Notes: a model not told the origin generated them from the letters alone. Counted from the first letter of the stretch, positions 21,977 through 30,930 are shown. The stretch: 38,688 nucleotides of DNA from a virus (IMGVR_UViG_2703718837_000002), one strand, 5' to 3'. Translations and numbers: made by a program.

Positions 21977-22417
21977 ATGGCCACACTATCTGATACAATA
22001 AAACCGAATAAAACATATCTTGAGGCGGTACTCCGTACAGCGTTGTTAGGAAAGACAGAAGACGAATACGTTGATTTCTTCCTGTCAGGGCTACGCGGGC
22101 GATTACTGAAAAATCCCCGCCTGTACCGCAGCTATGGTCCATACTGGCCGGAAATTAAAAAATTATTACTGGAGCGCGGTTATGGTAATTTCGGTCGTCT
22201 CGTTGACCGTGACGTTCGCAAAATTTATCGTTATGACCGCCCGGCGCTAACACTCATAGCCGCGACGCTCTACAGCCAGGAGCGTTTTGATAATGGTCAG
22301 ATATACTCAGCCTGGCATTTACTGCCAGTGCCTGAAGAAGTTGACGACCAGGACTATGAGTTTGAGTCTTACGATTTGGAAGTTGAAGCCTTGGCACAGG
22401 CTGGAGAGAAAACTTGA
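21977..22417 (+). CDS. ulx: Ulx-like protein (146 aa)
   Basis: Immediately downstream of darB; by position. Confidence 0.5.
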   Translation: MATLSDTIKPNKTYLEAVLRTALLGKTEDEYVDFFLSGLRGRLLKNPRLYRSYGPYWPEIKKLLLERGYGNFGRLVDRDVRKIYRYDRPALTLIAATLYSQERFDNGQIYSAWHLLPVPEEVDDQDYEFESYDLEVEALAQAGEKT

Positions 22418-22662
22418 AAAAGCGATACTACACAGTAAAGCATGGGACGCTACGAGCATTACAAGAGTTTGCTGACAAGCATAACGTTGAGGTGCGCAGG
22501 GAAGGGGGAAGTAAAGCTCTGCGCATGTACCGTCCGGACGGGAAATGGCGTACGGTCGTCGATTTCAAAACTAACAGTGTTCCCCAAGGCGTCCGCGATC
22601 GGGCATTCGAAGAATGGGAGCAGATCATCATAGATAACGCATTGCTCCTTAATGCTGATTAA
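22414..22662 (+). CDS. lxc: Lxc-like small protein (82 aa)
   Basis: ATGA overlap with ulx; by position and size. Confidence 0.45.
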   Translation: MKKRYYTVKHGTLRALQEFADKHNVEVRREGGSKALRMYRPDGKWRTVVDFKTNSVPQGVRDRAFEEWEQIIIDNALLLNAD

Positions 22663-22670
22663 TGGTTTTG

Positions 22671-22710
22671 TTTCCCGGTATCGTATTATACCGGGAAATA
22701 TCTTTTTATA
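22671..22710 (+). terminator. Intrinsic terminator closing darB-ulx-lxc
   Basis: Stem TTTCCCGGTAT/ATACCGGGAAA with 6-nt loop followed by TATCTTTTTATA. Confidence 0.65.
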
Positions 22711-23109
22711 TTAACCCGCGGCTGCAATTAGTGCCGACCCAACCGCCAGTGTGGTGACAAGGCCTATAATGACGACTGTAGCTGTTACCCCACCTGCAAC
22801 AGCTGCTCCAGTCTTTGTTTTGGATAACTCTTTCTTTTCTAGAGAAATGATTTCACCCATAGGAATAGACTGGTTGTTAATACCATTGATATATTGTGGG
22901 GTAACGTTCGATACTGTCATTTCACCTTCGCTACCTGATTTTAACTTGTATTTAATTAGGTCACCAGCATATATCGGTGGCTCTGTTAAATAATAGGTAC
23001 TTCTTTCAAGGTTTTTTTGCTTTATGTTAACTCCTTGATAAGACTGACATCCACATAACACAAGTGATAAAATTAGCGTCATCAGTAAATTTCTTTTATT
23101 TTTTATCAT
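22711..23109 (-). CDS. Small envelope protein (about 132 aa): signal peptide with LCGC lipobox-like motif, C-terminal Gly/Ala-rich membrane anchor
   Basis: Strong AAGGAGAAGGAG RBS 8 nt before ATG at 23109 (the track's GTG start at 23118 is less likely); low GC; ends on the lxc terminator. A TTGACA with an imperfect -10 lies upstream. Confidence 0.6.
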   Translation of the reverse strand: MIKNKRNLLMTLILSLVLCGCQSYQGVNIKQKNLERSTYYLTEPPIYAGDLIKYKLKSGSEGEMTVSNVTPQYINGINNQSIPMGEIISLEKKELSKTKTGAAVAGGVTATVVIIGLVTTLAVGSALIAAAG

Positions 23110-23243
23110 TGTCTGCACTCCTTCTCCTTTTCTTTGTATAGCTAAAACAAATCATTTATTCTTGTCAAATAGTTTTTAGTTTGAGAGTGAGGTTTACGTG
23201 ACGATGCTCTAAAAGTTGCAGATAGCGGTAAAGATAATTTTAT

Positions 23244-23912
23244 TTACAATATGTTACCTTTTCCGGTAAGTATACCTTGCGGTACTTTTCTTTCCCCCAT
23301 AAGTTGAGTGGCATGAATGATATTAATAAATGACATTAGTTGTGATGAACTCTGATTCACATTTATCTTTCCAGCCATTGCCCTGATGTAGTCAGCGCTG
23401 GCAACGTTGTTGTATTCCGTTGCGAAGCAGCATAACAACGTCAGAACGTGCTCTGTCGTTATTTCACTCCAGTTGATGTTGAAAAATTCATCGCCTTTTT
23501 TGTCGTGTTCGGAATCGAAGATGCTTTGGTGGAGGATATATTTGCCGGATTCCTTGCGCGGTAACTTTATCGCTTTCTGGCGTTCCAATTCCTTGTAAAT
23601 CTGCATTGCTTCAATCAGTACCGGTCTGCCGTTCATGAAGGGATCACGCAACCTTACACGCTGGCCAACTCGACCGGTAATAAAGCTGTTTTCCTCTTCC
23701 ACCAGCACGATAAAACCCTTTTCCTCTTTTTCTCGCAATTCGCGCAGCAGCTGGAGTTCCATATCGCGGCGGCGCTCAGGGTAGCTGGTCCGCTCAGCCA
23801 TTATCAGCTCATTGTTGATCCATGCAGCAGTCATTGACGCCGGTTTGCCGACGCTCATTGAAACAACGCATATTTTCTTATCCATAGCGCCCCTACAAAA
23901 AAGAAAAGCCAC
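23244..23912 (-). CDS. Hypothetical protein (213-222 aa) with a charged coiled-coil-like segment
   Basis: Maximal ORF; more likely start is MDKKICVV at 23885; no assignable domain; low GC. Confidence 0.5.
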   Translation of the reverse strand: MAFLFCRGAMDKKICVVSMSVGKPASMTAAWINNELIMAERTSYPERRRDMELQLLRELREKEEKGFIVLVEEENSFITGRVGQRVRLRDPFMNGRPVLIEAMQIYKELERQKAIKLPRKESGKYILHQSIFDSEHDKKGDEFFNINWSEITTEHVLTLLCCFATEYNNVASADYIRAMAGKINVNQSSSQLMSFINIIHATQLMGERKVPQGILTGKGNIL

Positions 23913-24144
23913 CAGCGGCGGCTTAGCAAAACAACTGAAGGTAGCGCCCGGTACTCAGACTGTGCCGTCCATGGAATATTTGAAAAGGGATCCATCCGTA
24001 CCGGGCGTGTGATGATTCTGACTCAAGTCACTTGTCAGTTGTCAATTATTTCAGATTAAAAATAATATATTTATTAGTGCATACAATTAAAACAATAAGT
24101 GTGCACATTGCAACCTCGGAGAGGAAACATTCAACCAGATTGTT

Positions 24145-24161
24145 ATTGCTCTAATAAATTT
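24145..24161 (+). promoter_or_regulatory. C1 operator (perfect 17-mer)
   Basis: ATTGCTCTAATAAATTT. Confidence 0.75.
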
Positions 24162-24346
24162 GATTTATTGAAACAAATAAACTACTATTGGACGCCAGAC
24201 TATTGATCTTCCTGTTGTTCAGGCTTATAGTTCCTACGTCATAGCAAATTCTGCGACCGGGTTTAGCAGCCTGAATGTACATGCGGACAACCGCAGATTT
24301 CCGATATTGCGGTATTTTTATGTCCGTAAAACCGCGTTACGCCCGA

Positions 24347-24429
24347 ATTATGGTGGGGCGTGATGGGGAGGCTTCGGCCTGCTGGTTTCATGTACGCCAG
24401 TCTGCTAACCCCGTCACGTCCTGCCACCT
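24347..24429 (+). ncRNA. c4-like antisense RNA (module B); boundaries approximate
   Basis: Same scaffold as A, but core elements CATGTAC (24389-24395) and CTGCTAA (24403-24409) complement GTACATG and TTAGCAG at the B target sites (24262-24283 and 24431-24470). Confidence 0.5.
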
Positions 24430-24478
24430 GTTTAGCAGCGGGTAGCAGGTTGTTAAACCTGTACATGAGGCCGTAACT

Positions 24479-24700
24479 ATGGTTAATGCCAATCCTTGCG
24501 CACGCCCTGAATTTATCTGGCGCTTCTATTCTTGTCAAAAACGTCACTATCACTTCGTTATCGCACCAACAGAAGATGAGGCACGTTCTCAGCTTCCGGA
24601 TGCTCCCTGCATTTTCTCCGCCCGCTTTTCTACCGATTCGCGCAATTCTCTCAGTTACTGGTGCCTCCCTGTTAACGCTTCGGCTCAGGAGGGGCTATGA
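24479..24700 (+). CDS. Icd-like small protein (73 aa)
   Basis: Paralog of the module A icd-like ORF; GAGG RBS overlapped by the antisense target. Confidence 0.6.
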   Translation: MVNANPCARPEFIWRFYSCQKRHYHFVIAPTEDEARSQLPDAPCIFSARFSTDSRNSLSYWCLPVNASAQEGL

Positions 24701-25809
24701 GAACGTCATTAGTCACCCGTGAAGAGATGATCGAGGCAATTGAACAGCACACTGCCTGTATCAGTACCAGGGATATACCAGGTGTTATTGCCAACTACTT
24801 CATGATCACCAAACAACTTTACCGGAGAAAGGACAAGAACGCGGTTCACCGCATTCTGCTAACCGATATCCGTGAATACCTGCTCGAACAGGGTCATCTG
24901 AATTATGCAACCGTCGCAGCCGAAGCACGCAAGGAGGCACACAGAATGAAAGCAACTAACGTTAAATCAGAAAAAATTCATGCACCTTCAGTTCAGGAAT
25001 CAGAGCTGGTGGTTGTTCAGAATCAGCCTGATGAAATTCCCGTTCTGGAATGGCAGGGAGTACGTGTCGTGACAACCGAAACTCTTGCTAGAGGGTATGG
25101 GACCGAAACTAATAACATCAAAGTTAACTATACGCGTAATGCTGATCGCTTTGAGGAAGGTAAACATTACTTTCTACTAACTGGTTCAAAATTAAAAGAA
25201 TTGAAGGACAAGGTTACTCAAAGTAACTTAGTCGCACCGCGAGCAAAGCACCTCACTCTCTGGACGGAACGCGGCGCAGCCCGCCACGCTAAAATGATCG
25301 AAACCGATCAGGCATGGGCATTCTTTGAAAAACTGGAAGACAGCTACTTCCGACAAAAAGAACAGCAACCGGTTGCAATCCCCCAGACGCTTCCAGAAGC
25401 CCTGCGCCTGGCTGCCGAACTGGCTGAACAAAAGCAACTTCTGGAACAGAAAGCCCACCAGCTAAATCAGCAGCTGGTGGCCGCAGCCCCCAAAGTCGAT
25501 TTTGCCGACCGGGTATCAGTGGCCAAGGGGATCCTGATTGGGAATTTTGCAAAGGTTGTTGGACTTAAGCAAAACGCGCTGTTTGCCTGGTTACGGGAGA
25601 ACGGCATCCTGATAGCGTCCGGCGGACGTAAAAATGTGCCGTTCCAGCAATACATCAACGCCGGGTATTTTTCTGTGAAAGAAGTGGTGCTGGATGATGA
25701 AGATGGCTATCAGATACGACTGACGCCCCAGTTAACGGGGAAAGGCCAGCAGTGGTTGACGCGTAAACTGCTCGATGCTGGCTTGTTAAAACCGGTGGCG
25801 GCTGAGTGA
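24697..25809 (+). CDS. Ant-like antirepressor paralog B (370 aa)
   Basis: ATGA-coupled to the icd-like ORF; Bro-N/KilA-C-like architecture. Confidence 0.7.
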   Translation: MRTSLVTREEMIEAIEQHTACISTRDIPGVIANYFMITKQLYRRKDKNAVHRILLTDIREYLLEQGHLNYATVAAEARKEAHRMKATNVKSEKIHAPSVQESELVVVQNQPDEIPVLEWQGVRVVTTETLARGYGTETNNIKVNYTRNADRFEEGKHYFLLTGSKLKELKDKVTQSNLVAPRAKHLTLWTERGAARHAKMIETDQAWAFFEKLEDSYFRQKEQQPVAIPQTLPEALRLAAELAEQKQLLEQKAHQLNQQLVAAAPKVDFADRVSVAKGILIGNFAKVVGLKQNALFAWLRENGILIASGGRKNVPFQQYINAGYFSVKEVVLDDEDGYQIRLTPQLTGKGQQWLTRKLLDAGLLKPVAAE

Positions 25810-25956
25810 TTAAAAAAGGCGGCCTTTCGGCCGCCAATGATGTCACGGAGTCTGTAATAGCAATGTCTTTGTAGTTGACTAATTATATAAATAAATTATA
25901 GCAATTATATGTGGTTTGCTTATCGGGAATCACATTTCCTCACTTCAGTACCTATG

Positions 25957-26043
25957 TGCTATACTCCTTTTTGATTGATTGATTGGATGCGGAACACAAA
26001 CCCGCTCTTTTGTGCAGCCTGGCTCCTTGCCAGGCTTTTTTTA
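25957..26043 (+). ncRNA. Candidate small RNA: extended -10 promoter to intrinsic terminator, about 70 nt
   Basis: TGcTATACT at 25957-25965; terminator stem GCCTGGC/GCCAGGC (26017-26035) plus T7; contains a TTGA x3 tract; 3' end overlaps the convergent 103-aa ORF stop. Confidence 0.3.
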
Positions 26044-26352
26044 TTTCATCATGGAAGCTGTTAACGCTTTGGACCTTGCTGAACTGATTGAAAGGACATT
26101 GTTAACCTTACCCAAGAGTTCGCCAAACTCAGACATCACTTTAGCAAAACCACGCCGTGCTTCTTCCTCGGTGGCATTCATCACGAAATGTTCAGCACTA
26201 CGCATACTTTTGACAGGGAACGCAACGGATATTGAGTCAATATCAGGCATTCTATCGCTCAGCTTTACAGTGACAATGACGGCTGGCGACTGAATATTAG
26301 TGCTTACAGACAGCACTACATATTTTACGTCGATGTTGAAATCCTTTCTCAT
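26041..26352 (-). CDS. Small protein (103 aa) downstream of cre
   Basis: ORF preceded by a C1 operator-like site; function unknown. Confidence 0.45.
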   Translation of the reverse strand: MRKDFNIDVKYVVLSVSTNIQSPAVIVTVKLSDRMPDIDSISVAFPVKSMRSAEHFVMNATEEEARRGFAKVMSEFGELLGKVNNVLSISSARSKALTASMMK

Positions 26353-26368
26353 ATGTCACCATAAATAT

Positions 26369-26385
26369 CAAATAATTAGAGCAAT
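26369..26385 (-). promoter_or_regulatory. C1 operator-like site (3 mismatches)
   Basis: CAAATAATTAGAGCAAT between the cre stop and the 103-aa ORF start. Confidence 0.35.
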
Positions 26386-26402
26386 CATTTGCACGTTAAA
26401 GG

Positions 26403-27434
26403 CTAATCGCCATCTTCCAGCAGGCGCACCATTGCCCCTGTTTCACTATCCAGGTTACGGATATAGTTCATGACAATATTTACGTTGGTCCAGCCACCAG
26501 CTTGCATGATCTCCGGTATTGAAACTCCGGCGCGGGCCATATCTCGCGCGGCTCCGACACGGGCACTGTGTCCAGACCAGGCCAGGTACCTCTGGCCAGA
26601 GTCATCCTTAGCCCCGTAAATCAATCGGTGAATTGCTTCAAAAATCCCTTCCAGGGCGCGAGTTGATAGCTGGCTGGTGGATGATGGCGCGGCAACACCA
26701 TTTTTTCTGACCCGGCAAAACAGGTAGTTATTCGGATCATCAGCTACACCAGAGACAGAAATCCATCGCTCGACCAGTTTAGTTACCCCCAGGCTAAGTG
26801 CCTTCTCTACACCTGCGGTGCTAACCAGCGTTTTCGTTCTGCCAATATGGATTAACATTCTCCCACCGTCAGTACGTGAGATATCTTTAACCCTGATCCT
26901 GGAAATTTCGGCTATACGTAACAGGGTGTTATAAGCAATCCCCAGAAATGCCAGATTACGTATATCCTGGCAGCGATCGCTATTTTCCATGAGTGAACGA
27001 ACCTGGTCGAAATCAGTGCGTTCGAACGCTAGTGCCTGTTTTGCACGTTCACCGGCATCAACGTTTTCTTTTCGGATCCGCCGCATGACCAGTGAAACAG
27101 CATTGCTGTCACTTGGTCGTGGCAGCCCGGACCGACGATGAAGCATGTTTAGCTGGCCCAAATGTTGCTGGATAGTTTTCACAGCCAGACCACGCGCCTG
27201 AAGATATAGAAGGTAATCGCGAACATCTTCAGGTTCTGCGGGAAACCATTTCCGGTTATTCAACTTGCACCATGCCGCCCACGACCGGCAAACGGACAGA
27301 AGCATTTTCCAGGTATGCTCAGAAAACGCCTGGCGATCCCTGAACATGTCCATCAGATTCTTGCGAGCCTCATCACTCGTTGCATCGACCGGTAATGCAG
27401 GCAAATTTTGGTGTACGGTCAGTAAATTGGACAT
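26403..27434 (-). CDS. cre: Cre site-specific tyrosine recombinase (343 aa)
   Basis: Near-identical over full length to Cre as I recall it, with about four substitutions; catalytic region ...RYLAWSGHSARVGAARDMARAG...; loxP 415 bp upstream. Confidence 0.97.
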   Translation of the reverse strand: MSNLLTVHQNLPALPVDATSDEARKNLMDMFRDRQAFSEHTWKMLLSVCRSWAAWCKLNNRKWFPAEPEDVRDYLLYLQARGLAVKTIQQHLGQLNMLHRRSGLPRPSDSNAVSLVMRRIRKENVDAGERAKQALAFERTDFDQVRSLMENSDRCQDIRNLAFLGIAYNTLLRIAEISRIRVKDISRTDGGRMLIHIGRTKTLVSTAGVEKALSLGVTKLVERWISVSGVADDPNNYLFCRVRKNGVAAPSSTSQLSTRALEGIFEAIHRLIYGAKDDSGQRYLAWSGHSARVGAARDMARAGVSIPEIMQAGGWTNVNIVMNYIRNLDSETGAMVRLLEDGD

Positions 27435-27441
27435 TTAACAC

Positions 27442-27663
27442 TCAGATAATGGTTTTAAGTAAAGTGTACAGGATCGGCTCTGCCTTTACCTGTTTATGGT
27501 TCTCGTCATAGAAACGCCAGCGACCGCGCGTGCGTTCTATTTTCTCTTCACCGCGCGATAATGACAGTTGACAACTATCACGATCAAACCCTTTTGCCCG
27601 CCAGTAACCACGGTTTTTCTCAAGCTCAATATGAGTGGACACTTTAGCAGCTGAATATCCCAT
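27442..27663 (-). CDS. Small ORF (73 aa) between loxP and cre; coding status uncertain
   Basis: Same strand as cre and immediately upstream; no recognisable motif. Confidence 0.25.
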   Translation of the reverse strand: MGYSAAKVSTHIELEKNRGYWRAKGFDRDSCQLSLSRGEEKIERTRGRWRFYDENHKQVKAEPILYTLLKTII

Positions 27664-27852
27664 TTTTCACCTCTGATTGATTGGTGGTGCTAAGTGCGCT
27701 ACGCGAAATCTGGAGCACTAACACTGCCAACATTTCGCAGATTTTACGTAGCGCAACCTTGATCAAATGATCAAGTGATCACTATTTGAGCTGATAAGGT
27801 ATTGAACTGTATGGATTTACAGGTAAATTAATTATGTTCAATAACCCTTAAT

Positions 27853-27886
27853 ATAACTTCGTATAATGTATGCTATACGAAGTTAT
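27853..27886. other. loxP: loxP recombination site
   Basis: Exact ATAACTTCGTATA-ATGTATGC-TATACGAAGTTAT. Confidence 0.98.
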
Positions 27887-27929
27887 TAGGTCTGAAGAGG
27901 AGTTTACGTCCAGCTGCGCATAAAAATCA

Positions 27930-27946
27930 AGAATTATTAGAGCAAT
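27930..27946 (-). promoter_or_regulatory. C1 operator-like site (2 mismatches)
   Basis: AGAATTATTAGAGCAAT. Confidence 0.45.
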
Positions 27947-28005
27947 AAATTTTGAGAGAAAAATCCCACTCCACCAGCCAAAAACTGGATTGTTTTTCAT
28001 AGTTG

Positions 28006-28034
28006 TTTGACAATTGCTCTAATAAATTATAGTT
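28006..28034 (+). promoter_or_regulatory. Sigma70-type promoter with embedded C1 operator (P99-like), reading toward coi-c1
   Basis: TTGACA (28006-28011), 17-nt spacer containing ATTGCTCTAATAAATTA (28013-28029), then TATAGT (28029-28034). Confidence 0.65.
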
Positions 28035-28267
28035 TTGCCGCCGTTTCGTAATACGACTTTGGATTCACTATTTAATGTGTCTTCAGCGTTGTAGAGCGGC
28101 TCAGAAGGAAATGAGCAAACAGGGAAACCTTATACAACGGCATTACAGCTATGCATTGCTCATCTTACACACAGCGCAATGTTGTTAGATTACCCCAGCA
28201 TGGATCATGGGTGAAACAGTAGGTCAGAGCTTCAGGCTCTGTGTTGTCAATACAGTGAGGCATAATT

Positions 28268-28477
28268 ATGGCTTTCATTCCACCAACCATCGACGACGTT
28301 AGACATTGCTCTAACGCTTTATCTGTAGACCCCGCCGAAACCGACGCTGCCCGCGCCATTGCTGAACACTACTCAAAGATATCCAATCAGGAGTACCGCA
28401 TCACCCAAGACGACCTGGATGATCTCACTGACACAATCGAATATCTCATGGCCACTAACCAGCCAGACTCACAATAA
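28268..28477 (+). CDS. coi: Coi-like C1 inactivator (69 aa)
   Basis: 69-aa ORF immediately upstream of c1 on the same strand, as in P1 immC. Confidence 0.65.
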   Translation: MAFIPPTIDDVRHCSNALSVDPAETDAARAIAEHYSKISNQEYRITQDDLDDLTDTIEYLMATNQPDSQ

Positions 28478-28523
28478 ATGCACTAATAAATCTATTATTT
28501 TCGTTGGATCCTTCTATAATGGT

Positions 28524-28564
28524 GGCCAACAACTCCCAGTGTAATCCGCTGTGAGTTGTTGGCC
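28524..28564 (+). promoter_or_regulatory. Perfect 12-bp inverted repeat in the coi-c1 spacer
   Basis: GGCCAACAACTC-N17-GAGTTGTTGGCC; TATAAT at 28515-28520 just upstream; GGAGGAGG RBS of c1 just downstream. Confidence 0.4.
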
Positions 28565-28587
28565 ATGTCAATTCTGGAGGAGGATCA

Positions 28588-29439
28588 ATGATAAATTATG
28601 TCTACGGCGAACAACTGTACCAGGAGTTCGTCAGCTTCAGGGATCTCTTTCTAAAAAAAGCTGTTGCACGCGCCCAACACGTTGATGCCGCCAGCGACGG
28701 TCGTCCTGTTCGCCCGGTTGTCGTTCTGCCGTTCAAAGAAACGGACAGCATTCAGGCTGAAATTGATAAATGGACTTTAATGGCGCGGGAACTGGAACAG
28801 TACCCAGACCTCAATATCCCAAAGACTATTTTATATCCAGTGCCTAACATCCTTCGCGGTGTGCGTAAGGTTACAACTTATCAGACAGAAGCTGTGAACA
28901 GCGTCAACATGACCGCTGGCCGCATTATTCATCTGATTGATAAGGACATTCGCATCCAGAAAAGCGCGGGGATCAATGAGCACAGTGCGAAATACATAGA
29001 GAACCTGGAAGCAACAAAAGAGCTAATGAAGCAGTACCCGGAGGATGAAAAATTCCGTATGCGTGTACACGGCTTTAGCGAAACAATGCTGCGCGTCCAT
29101 TACATTTCCAGTAGCCCTAACTACAATGATGGTAAATCAGTTAGTTACCATGTGCCGCTGTGTGGTGTGTTTATCTGCGATGAAACTCTCCGTGATGGAA
29201 TCATCATCAACGGTGAATTCGAGAAAGCAAAATTTAGCCTTTATGACTCTATAGAACCGATCATCTGCGACCGCTGGCCGCAGGCAAAAATATATCGCCT
29301 GGCAGATATTGAAAATGTAAAAAAACAAATTGCCATCACTCGCGAAGAGAAAAAGGTCAAATCAGCCGCATCAGTTACGCGCAGCCGTAAAACCAAGAAG
29401 GGGCAGCCAGTAAACGACAACCCCGAAAGCGCGCAATAA
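28588..29439 (+). CDS. c1: C1 repressor of lytic functions (283 aa)
   Basis: Starts MINYVYGEQLYQEFVSFRDLF, 283 aa, matching P1 C1; its operators are scattered across the window. Confidence 0.93.
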   Translation: MINYVYGEQLYQEFVSFRDLFLKKAVARAQHVDAASDGRPVRPVVVLPFKETDSIQAEIDKWTLMARELEQYPDLNIPKTILYPVPNILRGVRKVTTYQTEAVNSVNMTAGRIIHLIDKDIRIQKSAGINEHSAKYIENLEATKELMKQYPEDEKFRMRVHGFSETMLRVHYISSSPNYNDGKSVSYHVPLCGVFICDETLRDGIIINGEFEKAKFSLYDSIEPIICDRWPQAKIYRLADIENVKKQIAITREEKKVKSAASVTRSRKTKKGQPVNDNPESAQ

Positions 29440-29443
29440 ATTA

Positions 29444-29470
29444 TGCCCGGCATCAACCGGGCATTCTTCC
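29444..29470 (+). terminator. Intrinsic terminator after c1
   Basis: Stem TGCCCGG/CCGGGCA with 6-nt loop followed by a T-rich tract. Confidence 0.5.
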
Positions 29471-29471
29471 A

Positions 29472-30584
29472 TTATTCAGCCGCCACCGGTTTTAACAAGC
29501 CAGCATCGAGCAGTTTACGCGTCAACCACTGCTGGCCTTTACCCGTTAATTGGGGCGTCAGCCGTATCTGGTAGCCATTTTCATCATCCAGCACCACTTC
29601 TTTCACCGTGAAATACCCCGCGTTGATGTACTGCTGGAACGGCACATTTTTACGTCCACCGGACGCTATCAGGATGCCGTTCTCCCGTAACCAGACAAAC
29701 AGCGCGTTTTGCTTAAGTCCAACAACCTTTGCAAAATTCCCAATCAGGATCCCTTTAGCTACTGATACCCGGTCGGCAAAATCGACTTTAGGAGCGGCGG
29801 CCACCAGCTGCTGATTTAGCTGGTGGGCTTTCTGTTCCAGAAGTTGCTTTTGTTCAGCCAGCTCGGCAGCCAGACGCAGGGCTTCTGGAAGCGTCTGGGG
29901 GATTGCGATCGGTTGCTGTTCTTTTTGTCGGAAGTAGTTGTCTTCCAGTTTTTCAAAGAATGCCCATGCTTCATTTGTGTCCACGATCTTAGACATGCGT
30001 GCAGCGCCGCGCTCTGTCCAGAGTGTAAGGCTTCTGGCGTTCTTACCAACAGAGTAACTTCCGGTTACTCTGTTCTTAAATTCTCTTAATTTTAAACCAG
30101 TTAGAAGAAAGTAATGCTTACCTTCTTCAAAGCGGTCAAGGTTGCGAGACAAATTGTTGCGAATATTGGCTTCATCGACCCCATACCCTCTAGCAAGAGT
30201 TTCGGTTGTCACGACACGTACTCCCTGCCATTCCAGAACGGGAATTTCATCCGGCTGATTCTGAACAACCACCAGCTCTGATTCCTGAACTGAAGGTGCA
30301 TAAATTTTTTCTGATTTAACGTTAGTTGCTTTCATTCTGTGTGCCTCCTTGCGTGCTTCGGCTGCGACGGTTGCGTAATTCAGATGACCCTGTTCGAGCA
30401 GGTATTCACGGATATCGGTTAGCAGAATGCGGTGAACCGCGTGTTTGTCCTTTCTCCGGTAAAGTTGTTTGGTGATCATGAAGTAGTTGGCAATAACGCC
30501 CGGTATATCCTTGGTACTGATACAGGCAGTGTGCTGTTCAATTGCCTCGATCATCTCTTCACGGGTGACTAATGACGTTCTCAT
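29472..30584 (-). CDS. Ant-like antirepressor paralog C (370 aa)
   Basis: ATGA-coupled to the icd-like ORF; full-length paralog of A and B. Confidence 0.7.
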   Translation of the reverse strand: MRTSLVTREEMIEAIEQHTACISTKDIPGVIANYFMITKQLYRRKDKHAVHRILLTDIREYLLEQGHLNYATVAAEARKEAHRMKATNVKSEKIYAPSVQESELVVVQNQPDEIPVLEWQGVRVVTTETLARGYGVDEANIRNNLSRNLDRFEEGKHYFLLTGLKLREFKNRVTGSYSVGKNARSLTLWTERGAARMSKIVDTNEAWAFFEKLEDNYFRQKEQQPIAIPQTLPEALRLAAELAEQKQLLEQKAHQLNQQLVAAAPKVDFADRVSVAKGILIGNFAKVVGLKQNALFVWLRENGILIASGGRKNVPFQQYINAGYFTVKEVVLDDENGYQIRLTPQLTGKGQQWLTRKLLDAGLLKPVAAE

Positions 30585-30802
30585 AGTCCCTCCTGAGCAG
30601 AAGCGTTAACAGGGAGGCACCAGTAACTGAGAGAGTTGCGCGAATCAGTGGAAAAGCGGGCAGAGAAAATGCAGGGAGCGTCAGGAAGCTGAGAACGGGC
30701 CTCATCTTCTGTCGGTGCAATAACGAAGTGATAGTGACGTTTCTGGCAGGAATAGAAGCGCCAGATGAATTCAGGATGAGTTGGGGTAGGGACAGTAGCC
30801 AT
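30581..30802 (-). CDS. Icd-like small protein (73 aa) with a distinct N-terminus (MATVPTPTHPEFIW...)
   Basis: AAAGGAGG RBS; first nine residues differ from A and B, the rest is conserved. Confidence 0.6.
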   Translation of the reverse strand: MATVPTPTHPEFIWRFYSCQKRHYHFVIAPTEDEARSQLPDAPCIFSARFSTDSRNSLSYWCLPVNASAQEGL

Positions 30803-30857
30803 AATGGCAGCCTCCTTTGACTAAGTTAAGGAGCTACCGCGTGAGGTCTCAATCTCA

Positions 30858-30930
30858 ATGGCGGTAGCACTGACTGGGTTGAGACTACCGGCGTCAAAGG
30901 GAACCGGCCTGCCTTTCGGCAGCCCAGCCA
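30858..30930 (-). ncRNA. c4-like antisense RNA (module C); boundaries approximate
   Basis: Minus-strand GAAA-capped hairpin (30908-30925), then CCCTTTGAC (30893-30901) and GTCTCAA (30879-30885), complementary to GTCAAAGG(AGG) at the RBS (30811-30821) and TTGAGAC (within 30845-30859); the same two target motifs recur upstream at 31018-31044. Confidence 0.4.

Larger units (their letters stand above)
24139..25840 (+). repeat. Module B: operator / c4-like RNA / icd-like / ant-like unit
   Basis: Direct repeat of module A; differences cluster in the antisense determinants and a central Ant patch. Confidence 0.85.

Noticed and set aside
22414-22662. HicA-like toxin assignment for the 82-aa protein after ulx
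   Set aside because: Only a vague resemblance; position after ulx fits P1 lxc better and no partner antitoxin is adjacent.
24139-25840. Possibility that the three repeats are insertion sequences or a composite transposon
   Set aside because: No transposase ORF, no terminal inverted repeats and no target-site duplications; the repeats are functional icd-ant-type modules.
22663-26402. Type III restriction-modification genes (res/mod) expected from P1 synteny
   Set aside because: No ORF of appropriate size or methyltransferase/helicase motifs in this slot; it is occupied by the cargo genes and module B instead.
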